From contig OZ245006.1 in the NCBI GenBank assembly GCA_965223545.1, positions 2,912,001-2,976,000 of the forward strand: 64,000 nt of DNA, written 5' to 3'. Every line of letters begins with the position of its first letter. Position 1 is the first letter of the stretch. Positions 40,554-50,470 of this stretch are shown here, piece after piece. The notes under the pieces are model-generated. The model had not been told where the DNA came from, searched no databases, and saw nothing but the letters and a program-made list of their open reading frames with translations. The position numbers and the translations under genes were made by a program. The DNA is from Planctomycetota bacterium. Lineage in GTDB: Bacteria; Planctomycetota; UBA1135; UBA2386.

Positions 40554-41990
40554 ATGGTCGCCACGACGGTCCGGATCCTGCGCGCGATCGAGCGCCACCT
40601 CGGCTTCGCGATCTCGCCGGAGGAGTTCGATCGACGCGTCGGACCGGAGCTGGCGACCTCCCTGTTGGCCGCGGGGTTCTCGAGCCTGGACGAGCTCAGC
40701 CGGGCGCTGGACATGAGTCCCGCCGAAGCCCCCGCCCTGGCGGCTCTGGTGGACGCGGTGGTCATCGGCGAAACCAGCTTCTACCGCCATCCGGAGCAGA
40801 TCGCGGCGGTGGTCGAGATCGCGACGCACCTCGGCCAAAGCCTCCGCCGGCCGCTCGAGCTCTGGTGTGCCGGCTGTTCGGTCGGCGCGGAGCCGTTCAC
40901 CCTGGCGATGGCACTCGACGCGGCAGACGTCGCCGCACACGTCCTCGGCTCCGACGTCAACCCGCGAGCGCTGGACCACGCCCGGCGCGGCGACAGCTTC
41001 GCGGAGACCGCCGTGCGCAACGTTCCGGACGAGATCCGTGCGCGCTACCTGCACCGAGTCGGGGCGCGCTGGACGGTCAACGCGGCGCTGCGTGACCGAG
41101 TCCGGTTGCTCGAGCACAACCTGGTCACCAGCGCGCCTCCGCGACCGGAGCACCAACCGCAGTGGGACCTGATCCTCTGCCGCAATGTCCTGATCTACTT
41201 CTCGCGCGCGCAGATCGAGGCCACCGTGCAGCGTTTCGCGCGCAGCCTCGCTCCCCACGGATGCCTGGTCTTGGGGCCAAGCGATTCATTGCTGGCACTC
41301 GACGTGCCCCTCACCAGGCGAGACGCCACCGGTGCACGCATCTACAGTCACGCCCCGGCCCAACCGGCAACCCCTCGCGACCGGCCCGCGCAACCCGCGG
41401 CCCGCCGTCAGGAGTCCGCCGCAACCGGTGTGGGATATGACGAGATCACATCCCGCATCGCCGCCGGCGCCTACTCACTCGCCGAAACCCAGCTGCGAGC
41501 GTTGCTCGCAGGCGACCCCCGAAACCGGGCAGCCCGGCTGACGCTCGGCAACCTCCTGGTCCGCCGGCACGCGTTCGCCGAAGCACTCACCTTCTACGAT
41601 GTGCCCGGCGCGCAGCCGAACGCGGAGTCGCACTATCTGGCTGCGGTCGCACTCTACAAGAGCGGTCGGACCGGGGACGCGGGGGCGCGGCTGCGACAAG
41701 CGTTGGGGTGCGACGCGGACTGGTGGCCCGCGTCGTACCTCTTGTCCGTGCTGCTCGAGGCCAAAGGAGACCTGCTGCACGCCGAGTTGGAGCTCGACCG
41801 CGCCATCGGCGCCATCAAAGCGCTGGGTGACGGAGCCGCCCGATTCGAGTCGGTGGCTTCGGTCGTCAACAGCGTCCACCTCGACCGCGATGGAGTGCTG
41901 CAGGCCGCCATCGACCGCCGCGACCGGTGGCGGGATGCGGAGACGGCGCCCAGTCTCGGCCATGGAGAGCCCACGAACCGGAGGCGATGA
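40554..41990 (+). CDS. cheR: CheR methyltransferase with C-terminal TPRs (FrzF-like)
   Basis: 'IGETSFYR', 'WCAGCSVGAEPFTLAM' and 'DLILCRNVLIYF', followed by TPR-like helices ('ARLTLGNLL', 'AESHYLAAV'). Confidence 0.9.
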   Translation: MVATTVRILRAIERHLGFAISPEEFDRRVGPELATSLLAAGFSSLDELSRALDMSPAEAPALAALVDAVVIGETSFYRHPEQIAAVVEIATHLGQSLRRPLELWCAGCSVGAEPFTLAMALDAADVAAHVLGSDVNPRALDHARRGDSFAETAVRNVPDEIRARYLHRVGARWTVNAALRDRVRLLEHNLVTSAPPRPEHQPQWDLILCRNVLIYFSRAQIEATVQRFARSLAPHGCLVLGPSDSLLALDVPLTRRDATGARIYSHAPAQPATPRDRPAQPAARRQESAATGVGYDEITSRIAAGAYSLAETQLRALLAGDPRNRAARLTLGNLLVRRHAFAEALTFYDVPGAQPNAESHYLAAVALYKSGRTGDAGARLRQALGCDADWWPASYLLSVLLEAKGDLLHAELELDRAIGAIKALGDGAARFESVASVVNSVHLDRDGVLQAAIDRRDRWRDAETAPSLGHGEPTNRRR

Positions 41991-41993
41991 GCA

Positions 41994-42509
41994 ATGCACG
42001 ACCAGACTTCGAGCGTCGACGACCTCAGCACAGCGGCCGGCACCGGGCAAGACGCCCACCGCACCGACACGCGCGCGACGTTCGTGTTCCGCATCGGCCC
42101 GACCTGGTTGGGCGTTCCCGCCCAGCACGTCACGGCGGTGCTCGACAGCCGCCTGCCAATGCCGCTGCCGCGAGTCCCCCCGTACATCCTCGGCCTCATC
42201 CCCAGTGGTCGGCAGGCCTTGCCCGTGCTCGACCTCGGGCTCTTCCTCGACTTGCCCCGTGCCGACGCCGCGGGCGCCAATCGCTTGGAGATGCCGCGGC
42301 TGGTGGTGATCGCGGACGGAGCCCGAACCGCCGCCGTCCCGGTCGACCGCGCGCTCGGAGTGGTCGCAGTGCCCCGCGCCGACGAGCAGCCGCCGGGCAC
42401 GGTGTGCACTGCAGCGACGCAGCCGTTCGCACTGTGCGAGATCGAGCTGACGCACGGCATCGCCGCGGTCCTCGACCTACCCCACCTGTTGGATGCGGTC
42501 AGTGTCTGA
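41994..42509 (+). CDS. cheW: CheW coupling protein
   Basis: 'FVFRIGPTWLGV', 'LPRVPPYILGLI..GRQALPVLDL' and 'AVPVDRALGV'. Confidence 0.88.
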   Translation: MHDQTSSVDDLSTAAGTGQDAHRTDTRATFVFRIGPTWLGVPAQHVTAVLDSRLPMPLPRVPPYILGLIPSGRQALPVLDLGLFLDLPRADAAGANRLEMPRLVVIADGARTAAVPVDRALGVVAVPRADEQPPGTVCTAATQPFALCEIELTHGIAAVLDLPHLLDAVSV

Positions 42510-42927
42510 CCTCACGGCAGCAATCTGCAGCGAGGTGGGCGGCATCGGTGTCGTCGTCGACGCCGCCGGAATCGTGTCGATCACCGAAGCCTCGGCGATG
42601 GCCTGTGAGCAAAACAACGACAGCACCGCGAACCCACCCGTCGACGTCGCCATCTGCCTCGGCATCCGGGAGCAGGCGATGCACCGCCGGTGTGTGACCG
42701 CGCGGACACCGCGCGGCGACTGCACGCTGATCCTCGGCGCGAGCCTCGAGCTCGTCCAGATCGAAGAGGGCGCGCGGATGCCGCCCCCCGCCCTGCTGCG
42801 CGAGACCTTCGCCGCAAACGGCTGGCGCGGACTCGCCCTGGTCGACCGCAGGATCCACTTGCTGCTGTCGGCCAGCGATCTGGCCAGCGTCACGGCACCC
42901 GACCCGGCCGAGGAAGAGACGCCATGA
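42493..42927 (+). CDS. Divergent CheW-like protein
   Basis: Lies between cheW and cheA with overlaps. Motifs 'PPVDVAICLG' and 'MPPPALL...GWRGLALVDRRIHLLL'. Confidence 0.6.
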   Translation: MRSVSDLTAAICSEVGGIGVVVDAAGIVSITEASAMACEQNNDSTANPPVDVAICLGIREQAMHRRCVTARTPRGDCTLILGASLELVQIEEGARMPPPALLRETFAANGWRGLALVDRRIHLLLSASDLASVTAPDPAEEETP

Positions 42928-45119
42928 AGCCCGACGACAAGCTGTTGGCCCAGTTTGCCGCCATCGGGCAAGAACGGCTGGAGGTGCTCAACAACGGGCT
43001 GCTCAGCCTGGAGCGCGATGGCGGCGATGCGGACGCCGTGACCCGCGTCATGCGCGAGATCCACACGCTGAAGGGCGAGGGCCGAATGCTCGGCCTGGAA
43101 GGGTTGAGCGAAGTGGCGCACCGGACGGAGGACCTCTTGGTCCGGGCCCGTGACGCCGGCTTCGACGTGTCGCGCGAGTTGTTCGACGCGATCTACAGCG
43201 GACTCGATTGCCTGACCGCGATGATCACCGCGAGCGATGGCCACGACGACGACCGCGCGACGTTCCTGACCCTTGCCGCCGAGCTCCTGGGAGGGCCGGA
43301 GACAGGCGCGCGGGACGCAGTGGACGGCCCGGGTGGATCGATGGCAGGCCCCGGCGGCGTTGCGGAACCGACCAGCTCGGAACCCGTGACACCGCCGGGC
43401 AGAGACACCGCCCTGGACGACGGCGCGGAAGTGCTGCGCGTTCCACTGGCCAGGGTCGACGACCTCAGCCGGCGGGCAGCCGATCTCCTGCTGCGGCGCA
43501 GTCAGATCGAACGCATCGCGCACGACCTGGCTCGGCTCGGCGACGACTGGAGTGATGCCATCGATCGCCTGCAGATCGGAGACCGCACCAACGACGCGGC
43601 GCTGACCAGGCTGCGCGCGTTCGTCCGCGAGCAGGCGGACCGGATTCGCCTGCTGCAGGACGAAGACTTCGAGCTGGGGCAGAACGCGCAGGAGCTGCTC
43701 GACGGTCTGACCGATCTCCGCCTGCTCGAGTTGCGCCCGGTGCTCACGCAGTTCGCCACCGCGGCGCGGCGCATCGCCCGCGAACACGGCAAAGACGTGC
43801 GCGTGTCCACGGAGGGGACTCGGGTCACCGCCGACAAGGTCGTGCTCGAGCGCCTGCAGGACGCGCTGATCCACATCGTGCGCAACAGCATCGACCACGG
43901 CATCGAGACGCCTGCAGCCCGCGTCGCCGCCGGCAAGCCGGAGTGCGGGCACATCCGACTGGTGGCGCGCCACAGCGGCGGCTTCGTCGAAGTCACCGTC
44001 CACGACGACGGCCGCGGGATCGATCCGACGACGGTGCGCCGCGCGCTCGCCGAGCGCGGCCACATGCCGGCTGCCGAGATCGATGCCCTGTCGACGAAGG
44101 AACTCTTCGAGATCCTGTTCAAGCCTGGCTTCTCCACCCGCGCCGAGGTCAGCGAGCTGTCCGGGCGCGGCGTCGGCTTGGACGTGGTGCGCGAGCGCAT
44201 CGCCGAGGTCGGCGGCAGCGTCCATTTCGACAGCCAGCCCGGGATCGGGACCGAGATCGCGTTGCGCATGCCGATCAGTACGGCGATCGCGGACGTGCTG
44301 TTGGTGCGCATCAGCGCGGGCACGTTCGGTATCCCTTCGTCCAGCGTCGAGAGTGTCCACGTCGTGCAGCGGAAGGATCTGGTGCACGCCGGCCACGGGA
44401 CCGCCCTCCGCCTCGAGGATGGGCACGTGCCACTGCACGACCTCGACGACCTGCTCGGCTTCTCTGCTGGCGAGGCCCGCGGCGAAGAGCTGCCGGTCTT
44501 CGTCGCCCGCTGCGACGACGGTCGCGTCGCGGTCCGCGTCGACCGGTTCTTGGGCGAGCGACAAGTACTGCATCAGGCGGTGAACCCCCTGCTCGGTGGC
44601 CTCGACATCGTCACCGGCACCGTCACCCTCGACGGAGATCAGCTCGCCGCCTTGCTCGACGTGCAGCGGCTGGTGTCGACGCGCAGGCGCACACCGACCG
44701 GTGCTGTCGCGGACGAACCGTCGGGCGACCGCCGCTCGACGGTTCTGATCGCCGAGGATTCCGATCTGACGCGCGAGATGCTGGTGTCGGTCGTCAGTCG
44801 CCTCGGCTACGCCACCGTCGAAGCCGTCAACGGCCAGGACGCCCTCAACAAGGTCGCGCAGTCGTTGCCCGACCTCGTCGTCACCGATCTGGACATGCCC
44901 CTGCTCGACGGGTTCGGGCTGATTCGCGAGCTGCGGTCGCGACCGCCGAGCCAGGCGATTCCCGTCATCGTGGTCTCGACGCGCGATGGGGAGGACGCAC
45001 GACGCGCCGCGGCTGCCGCGGGCGCAAACGCCTACCTGGTCAAGAAGGCCTTCAAGGAGTCGGTGCTGCGCGAGCTGTTCGACACCGTGCTCCGCGCCGC
45101 TTCACCCGCAAAGGGCTGA
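42924..45119 (+). CDS. cheA: CheA-REC hybrid histidine kinase (FrzE-like)
   Basis: Hpt 'REIHTLKG', 'HIVRNSIDHGIE', 'DDGRGID', 'PGFST..SGRGVGLDVV', a CheW domain and a C-terminal REC ('VVTDLDMPLLDG'). Confidence 0.93.
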   Translation: MKPDDKLLAQFAAIGQERLEVLNNGLLSLERDGGDADAVTRVMREIHTLKGEGRMLGLEGLSEVAHRTEDLLVRARDAGFDVSRELFDAIYSGLDCLTAMITASDGHDDDRATFLTLAAELLGGPETGARDAVDGPGGSMAGPGGVAEPTSSEPVTPPGRDTALDDGAEVLRVPLARVDDLSRRAADLLLRRSQIERIAHDLARLGDDWSDAIDRLQIGDRTNDAALTRLRAFVREQADRIRLLQDEDFELGQNAQELLDGLTDLRLLELRPVLTQFATAARRIAREHGKDVRVSTEGTRVTADKVVLERLQDALIHIVRNSIDHGIETPAARVAAGKPECGHIRLVARHSGGFVEVTVHDDGRGIDPTTVRRALAERGHMPAAEIDALSTKELFEILFKPGFSTRAEVSELSGRGVGLDVVRERIAEVGGSVHFDSQPGIGTEIALRMPISTAIADVLLVRISAGTFGIPSSSVESVHVVQRKDLVHAGHGTALRLEDGHVPLHDLDDLLGFSAGEARGEELPVFVARCDDGRVAVRVDRFLGERQVLHQAVNPLLGGLDIVTGTVTLDGDQLAALLDVQRLVSTRRRTPTGAVADEPSGDRRSTVLIAEDSDLTREMLVSVVSRLGYATVEAVNGQDALNKVAQSLPDLVVTDLDMPLLDGFGLIRELRSRPPSQAIPVIVVSTRDGEDARRAAAAAGANAYLVKKAFKESVLRELFDTVLRAASPAKG

Positions 45120-45181
45120 CCGGGCGCGCCGCGTGTGGCGCCCCCCTTGAATTCGGCCGAGGGCGCGTGGATAGCAGCGGC

Positions 45182-46156
45182 ATGTCCCACGCCATTATCC
45201 AGGAACGCACCGGCGGCCCCGACGTACTGCAGTGGCGCCCGAACGACGTCCCCGCCCCCGGACCGGGCGAGGCTCGCGTCCGACAAGTCGCCGTCGGCCT
45301 GAACTTCATCGACGTCTACGTCCGCACCGGCGCCTACCCGTTGCTCGCGCTGCCGGGCAGCCCGGGCATGGAGGCGGCCGGGGTCGTGGACGCGGTCGGC
45401 GCGGGCGTCGACCGCGTCCGCCCCGGCGATCGCGTGGTCTACGTCACGCCGGCGCCCGGCGCCTACGCGGAATCGCGCAACGTCGACGCCGACCGCCTCG
45501 TGCTGTTGCCAGAGGGCATCGACGAGGCGACCGCTGCCGCGACCTTCTTGAAGGGCCTGACCGCGATGATGCTGGTCCAACGGGTTCACACCGTCGCCGC
45601 CGGCGATCGCATCCTGGTGCACGCTGCCGGCGGGGCAACAGGGGGCTTCATCGCGCGCTGTGCGCGCCATCTGGGAGCGCTCGTGATCGGCACGGCGGGC
45701 GGCGAAGCCAAAGCCGAAGCCGCCCGGAACAACGGCTGCCACCACGTGATCGACTACCAGGACACGGAGTTCGTCGGCCGCGTTCAGCAATGCACGGATG
45801 GCCGGGGCGCGGATGTCGTGTTCGACGGGGTCGGTGCCGCAACGATCAACGGCTCGATCGAGGCCCTGGCGCCACGCGGACACCTGGTCTCCTTCGGCAA
45901 CGCCTCCGGCCCACCAGCGCCGATCGAGATCTCCGATCTGGCCGCCAAGAGCTTGTCGCTCTCTCGGCCAAGCCTGTTTCACTACATCGCCGAACCGGCC
46001 GAGCTCGACCTACTCGCGACACAGTGCTTCGACGCTCTCCGGCAAGGGCTGCTGCCGATCCAGCCCACGCACACCTTCGCGCTGGCCGAGGCAGCGGCCG
46101 CTCATCGAGCCCTCGAGGCCCGCGAGCTGGTCGGCCCGACGGTCCTGCTGGCGTAG
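45182..46156 (+). CDS. qor: NADPH:quinone oxidoreductase (zeta-crystallin family)
   Basis: 'GGPDVL', 'GLNFIDVYVRTGAY', 'PGMEAAG', 'VHAAGGATG', 'FDGVG' and 'SFGNASG'. Confidence 0.92.
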   Translation: MSHAIIQERTGGPDVLQWRPNDVPAPGPGEARVRQVAVGLNFIDVYVRTGAYPLLALPGSPGMEAAGVVDAVGAGVDRVRPGDRVVYVTPAPGAYAESRNVDADRLVLLPEGIDEATAAATFLKGLTAMMLVQRVHTVAAGDRILVHAAGGATGGFIARCARHLGALVIGTAGGEAKAEAARNNGCHHVIDYQDTEFVGRVQQCTDGRGADVVFDGVGAATINGSIEALAPRGHLVSFGNASGPPAPIEISDLAAKSLSLSRPSLFHYIAEPAELDLLATQCFDALRQGLLPIQPTHTFALAEAAAAHRALEARELVGPTVLLA

Positions 46157-46291
46157 ACGACTCGGGGTCGAACACCGCGCCCCGCTTCAGCGCGGCGCCG
46201 GCTCGAGGTCGTCGATCTGCTGCAGGTAACGTGCATAAGGGTCGGCGCCGAGCCATCGTGGAGGTAGGGAGCCGTCGCCCAAAGACCGCGA
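46067..46291 (+). repeat. Left copy of the island-flanking direct repeat (qor 3' end, intergenic, 3' end of the di-heme gene)
   Basis: Matches 59843-60253 apart from ~6 substitutions, a ~79-bp deletion in this copy and a 107-bp insertion in the other. Confidence 0.93.
46187..46291 (-). pseudogene. Decayed duplicate of the 3' end of the di-heme protein gene
   Basis: Encodes 'RGLWATAPYLHDGSAPTLMHV' and 'YLQQIDDLEPAPR*', matching the C-terminus of 60070-63651, joined by a frameshifting deletion. Confidence 0.88.
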
Positions 46292-46359
46292 GAAGACTGC
46301 GGCCAGAGAAATCCTCGTCGAGATGATGGGACAACGAGCGTTCCCGCGCTGATGAACGC

Positions 46360-49236
46360 ATGCGCAGGGCGAATTACCAACGCGCGCTATCGATCCCATC
46401 GATTGCGCTTCCGCTGCTCCTTGCATCGGTGCTCAGCACCGGCTCTCGAGGCCAACACAAAGTAACGTTCGAGATCACCGGCACCAACTCCGGCGACGGG
46501 TGTGGCTACAGCCTGGCGTTCGCCGACGACGTCGATGGCGATGGCATCGGCGACCACTTCGTTGGCTACCGAGCCATTCGCCGGGTGAGAGCGGTGTCGG
46601 GCGCGAGCGGCCAGGTGCTGTGGACCGCGATTGGGCCAGACACGTTCGGGCATGCGATGGCGGTGATCGGTGACATCTCGGGCGATGGCGTCACCGATGT
46701 CGCGGTCGGAGCGCCGGGAGCCGACGACGCTGGCGTCGACTCCGGCCAGGTCTCCGTGCTATCGGGTGCGGACGGCACTGTGCTCCAGGCGGGGATCTTC
46801 CCGTTCCGGGCCCCGATGATCTGGAACGGCGACGCGGCTGGGGACGAATTCGGCTACAGCGTCGCTGGGTCCGACCTGACGCTCGACGGTTGCAAGGACA
46901 TCGTGGTCGGCGCGCCGCGTGCTGACACCTTGCTGATCGATCCCGGTATGGTCACCGCGTTCGACGCGAAGGCGGGAACCCGTCTGTTTCGCCATTACGG
47001 CGATGTGCTCGGCGAGCGACTGGGGCAGGCGGTGACAGAGCTGGGCGACGTCACCTCGGGGCCGGAGCCAGAGATTGCAGCGGGGGCGCCGCGATTCCAA
47101 AACGCCCGGGGGTCCGATGTGGGACGAGTCCAGGTACTGCAATGGAGTTCGGGGCCCGGCGTCGCGATCTTCGCGACGTTCGAGGGGATCAGCGCGGGTG
47201 AGCGATTCGGGTCGAGCGTGGTCGGCGTCGGTGATGTGAACATCGGCATTCCCCGGGACGGGGTTCCGGACCTCCTAATCGGGGCACCCAATGCCAAGGT
47301 CAGTGCTGGCAGCATCAACGACGGCAGAGTTCGGTTGCAGTCAGGAGGATTCCCATTCCCGTATCTCCAGGTACAAGAGAACACTCCAGGCGGCGGCTTT
47401 GGCACCAGACTGCTCGCGGCAGGTGACTTGAATGGGGACTCCGTCCCGGACTACGCGGTTGCGGCCACCAACGCAGACAGCCACGGCGAGGGCTCGGGGA
47501 GCGTCTTCGTCTACTCGGGAGCCGCTCCGGCCGAGCTCATCGCGGTGATCAGCGGCGACGAGCCACACGACAACTTCGGGTGGGCCATGACAGCGGGGGA
47601 CCGAGATGGCGTCAGAGAATTGTTCGTTGGAGTGCCGTTTCACGACACTCCGCAGGTCGGCGCCGGCCTCGTTCGAGGCGTCGACATCTTTCAGCTCGAG
47701 TCGGCGCACTCGATCGTCGCCTCCACTCAGCAAGTGACCTGCCAGTACGGCTGCCCTCCCGATCCCAACGAGTCGGCCTCCACCCGCAGTGCGATCCTCG
47801 GCGACGTCAACCTGGATGGGGCCTCCGAGTTCGCGATCGCTGTTCCAGGACGGGTCACGGTCTACTCGGGCGTCGATGGCACTGTGCTTTGGAGCGTCTC
47901 GTCGACGCCCGAGTTCGGCAGCTCCTTGGCTGCGGTCGGGGACGTAGACGGTGACGGCTTCGGCGACCTCCTGATCTCGGCCACTCCCCCGTCCCTCTCT
48001 CTCGTCAACCCGGGCTTCGTGGAGGTCTACTCGGGGGCCACCGGAGCACTCGTGCACCGCGTCGACGCAGGAACCTCGTACGTTGGATTCGGCGAGAGGA
48101 TCTTCCGCGTCGGCGACATCGACGGTGACGGTTACGCGGACTTCGGCCTTACGACCCACCCAGCCAGTAGTCCATCCCCGGTCACCCGCGTCCACATGTA
48201 CTCCGGGAGAACCGGACTCTACGACTGGGGACTCATAGTCTCGGCACCCGACGCACCGGCGGTCGGGATCGGCGACACCGATGGCGACGGCCTCGGCGAA
48301 GTCGCGATCGCCAACCAGCCCAACACAGTAACGATTTATGACGGCAACACGGCCGTGGCGCTCAGCGTCGCCCCCCCCATGTCGGTCTCGGAGGTCGCAG
48401 CCGTCGGGGACGTCACTGGGGATGGGGCGGGAGACTATGCAGTCGTGCGCCCGACTGGGCTCGCTGTGTTCTCCGGCGCAACGAGCAACTTTCTATGGAG
48501 CCTACAAGCAACCCCCGATGCGAGAGTCTTCAGCGCTGGAGACCACAACGGTGACGGAGTCCTCGACGTCGCATACGGCTCTCCGACGAGCAACGTCGTC
48601 CGTATTCACTCCGGGGATGACGGGAGGCTCTTGTGGTTGGTCAAGCCACCAGACACGAACGCTCGCTTCGCAGGCGTTGACCTGCATGCCGGCAGCGACA
48701 TCACGAGCGACGGCCGACCCGACGTCCTGATCGGCTACCTCGACAGGCAGTTGGTCTCGTTCGTACCACCGGTCACGATGCGTTACGCGCGAACCGTCAT
48801 CGCCGTACCAACACCCTTGTCCGGCGTTCCGCCTCGCGTGTTGCTTCAAGGAACGGGCTGCCCCGGCAGCGGTGGGCTACCGCAGCTCGACGTCCGCCCA
48901 CAGCCCGGGCTCGGCGAATCTGTGGACGTTTGGTTGCGCGCGGCACCTGGTGGAGCACCGGTAGCGATGTTCCTCGGACCCGCGGGAAACCTCGATCTCA
49001 CGGCGCTCGGCGCTCCTGGATGCACCAGCTTCATCGACATCGCAACGTCTCTCAGCGTGCTGGTCGGAGCCTCGGGTCAGGGGACTGCGCGCATTCCTCT
49101 GACGGTTCCTACGAACACCGCGTTGGTCGGCCGATCGGTCGTCGCTCAGTGGATCGTCGTCGACCCACCTGCAAACACTCTCGGCATCACCGTGTCCACG
49201 GCGCGCGAGCTCGCGATCGGTGAGTATCGCTCCTGA
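46360..49236 (+). CDS. Secreted FG-GAP/integrin-alpha beta-propeller repeat protein with a conserved C-terminal domain
   Basis: Signal peptide, many 'FGxx.AxxGDxxGDGxxD..VGAP' repeats and a C-terminal 'GCPGSGG...GAPGC...QW..VDPPANTLGI'. Confidence 0.88.
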   Translation: MRRANYQRALSIPSIALPLLLASVLSTGSRGQHKVTFEITGTNSGDGCGYSLAFADDVDGDGIGDHFVGYRAIRRVRAVSGASGQVLWTAIGPDTFGHAMAVIGDISGDGVTDVAVGAPGADDAGVDSGQVSVLSGADGTVLQAGIFPFRAPMIWNGDAAGDEFGYSVAGSDLTLDGCKDIVVGAPRADTLLIDPGMVTAFDAKAGTRLFRHYGDVLGERLGQAVTELGDVTSGPEPEIAAGAPRFQNARGSDVGRVQVLQWSSGPGVAIFATFEGISAGERFGSSVVGVGDVNIGIPRDGVPDLLIGAPNAKVSAGSINDGRVRLQSGGFPFPYLQVQENTPGGGFGTRLLAAGDLNGDSVPDYAVAATNADSHGEGSGSVFVYSGAAPAELIAVISGDEPHDNFGWAMTAGDRDGVRELFVGVPFHDTPQVGAGLVRGVDIFQLESAHSIVASTQQVTCQYGCPPDPNESASTRSAILGDVNLDGASEFAIAVPGRVTVYSGVDGTVLWSVSSTPEFGSSLAAVGDVDGDGFGDLLISATPPSLSLVNPGFVEVYSGATGALVHRVDAGTSYVGFGERIFRVGDIDGDGYADFGLTTHPASSPSPVTRVHMYSGRTGLYDWGLIVSAPDAPAVGIGDTDGDGLGEVAIANQPNTVTIYDGNTAVALSVAPPMSVSEVAAVGDVTGDGAGDYAVVRPTGLAVFSGATSNFLWSLQATPDARVFSAGDHNGDGVLDVAYGSPTSNVVRIHSGDDGRLLWLVKPPDTNARFAGVDLHAGSDITSDGRPDVLIGYLDRQLVSFVPPVTMRYARTVIAVPTPLSGVPPRVLLQGTGCPGSGGLPQLDVRPQPGLGESVDVWLRAAPGGAPVAMFLGPAGNLDLTALGAPGCTSFIDIATSLSVLVGASGQGTARIPLTVPTNTALVGRSVVAQWIVVDPPANTLGITVSTARELAIGEYRS

Positions 49237-49255
49237 TCCCGGAGGCACCTCCGAG

Positions 49256-50470
49256 ATGACTCCGCGACTCCGATCGGGCCACGACATCGCCGGAGTCTCG
49301 ATTGCCGGCGTCGGCTCGGCGCTCCCGGGCCGAGATCTCCCAGGCGTCCACCTCGACAACGCGAGACTTGCCGAACTGTCGGCAGCGGCGTGCGACCGGC
49401 TGGCCAGGGCTGGCGGCCCCCATCGCCCCGCAAGCACGCCCGACTTCCCCTGGCAGAGGATCGGGATCGCGAATCGTTGCGTCCTGGATCAGAGCTACAG
49501 CACCCGGGACTTGGCTGTCGCCGCGGCGCGAAACGCGCTGCGACACAGCGGCGTTTCGCGGACTGACATCGCAGCGGTCATCGTGAGCACCGTCACTCCC
49601 GATCGGATAGTCCCGGCAATCGCAACGTCAGTGCAAGAAGAGCTACATCTCCCACGCACCACGGCGAGCTTCGATCTAACGCTGGGGTGCAACGGATTCG
49701 TCGCGACTCTAGACGTTGCGACCTGCATGCTTCGCGCTCGACCGCGTTCGTCGGCCGCGCTCGTCATCGGCGCCGAGACCATGCTCCGCGTGCTCGATGC
49801 CTCCGATCGCACGACGTGCACGATCTTCGGAGATGGTGCCGGTGCGGTCGTCCTGCGCCGGTCCAGCCTGAACCGGGTGCAAGCGATCGCTACGTACACA
49901 CTCGGGGAGTTCGGGCCGCGCATAGAGATCAGCGCTCCGGAACAAGACGACACACCGGTCTATCGCTTTGTGGCTCGCAACGACCAGGTATCGATTGCGC
50001 GAGACCGCCGCAGCCGACAGCGCGTCAAGATGGACGGCAGGCGCGTATTCAGAGACATGGTGCGCATGATACCCGAGGTCGTGCACAGCTATCTCGACCG
50101 CCAGGGCTTGACCGTCAGCGACGTTGACCGGTTCGCCTTTCACCAGGCGAACGCCAAGATGATCGACGCAATCACACGAGTGATCGGTCTTCGCAACGAC
50201 GACTCTGTGCTGAGCAACATCAGTCAGCTCGGCAACACGACGAGCGCCTCGATCCCTCTCTTGCTGCAGGACGCTGCCGCGAACAAGAGGCTTAGCCCCG
50301 GAGACCGCGTACTGCTCGTCGGATTCGGTACCGGCTACTCGATCGGGATCGCGCTCGTCGAGTGGTCCTACGTTCCAACTCCCACTCGATGTCAGGAGAA
50401 GCAACTTGAACCGCACGATCTCCAACCGACGCAAGTCTCGCAGCAGGCTCACACGCACGGTTCTCGATGA
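49256..50470 (+). CDS. fabH: 3-oxoacyl-ACP synthase III (FabH/KAS III family)
   Basis: Catalytic Cys in 'LGCNGF', 'IFGDGAGA', 'MDGRRVF', His in 'FHQAN' and Asn in 'GNTTSASIP'. GGAGG RBS at 49241. Confidence 0.9.
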   Translation: MTPRLRSGHDIAGVSIAGVGSALPGRDLPGVHLDNARLAELSAAACDRLARAGGPHRPASTPDFPWQRIGIANRCVLDQSYSTRDLAVAAARNALRHSGVSRTDIAAVIVSTVTPDRIVPAIATSVQEELHLPRTTASFDLTLGCNGFVATLDVATCMLRARPRSSAALVIGAETMLRVLDASDRTTCTIFGDGAGAVVLRRSSLNRVQAIATYTLGEFGPRIEISAPEQDDTPVYRFVARNDQVSIARDRRSRQRVKMDGRRVFRDMVRMIPEVVHSYLDRQGLTVSDVDRFAFHQANAKMIDAITRVIGLRNDDSVLSNISQLGNTTSASIPLLLQDAAANKRLSPGDRVLLVGFGTGYSIGIALVEWSYVPTPTRCQEKQLEPHDLQPTQVSQQAHTHGSR

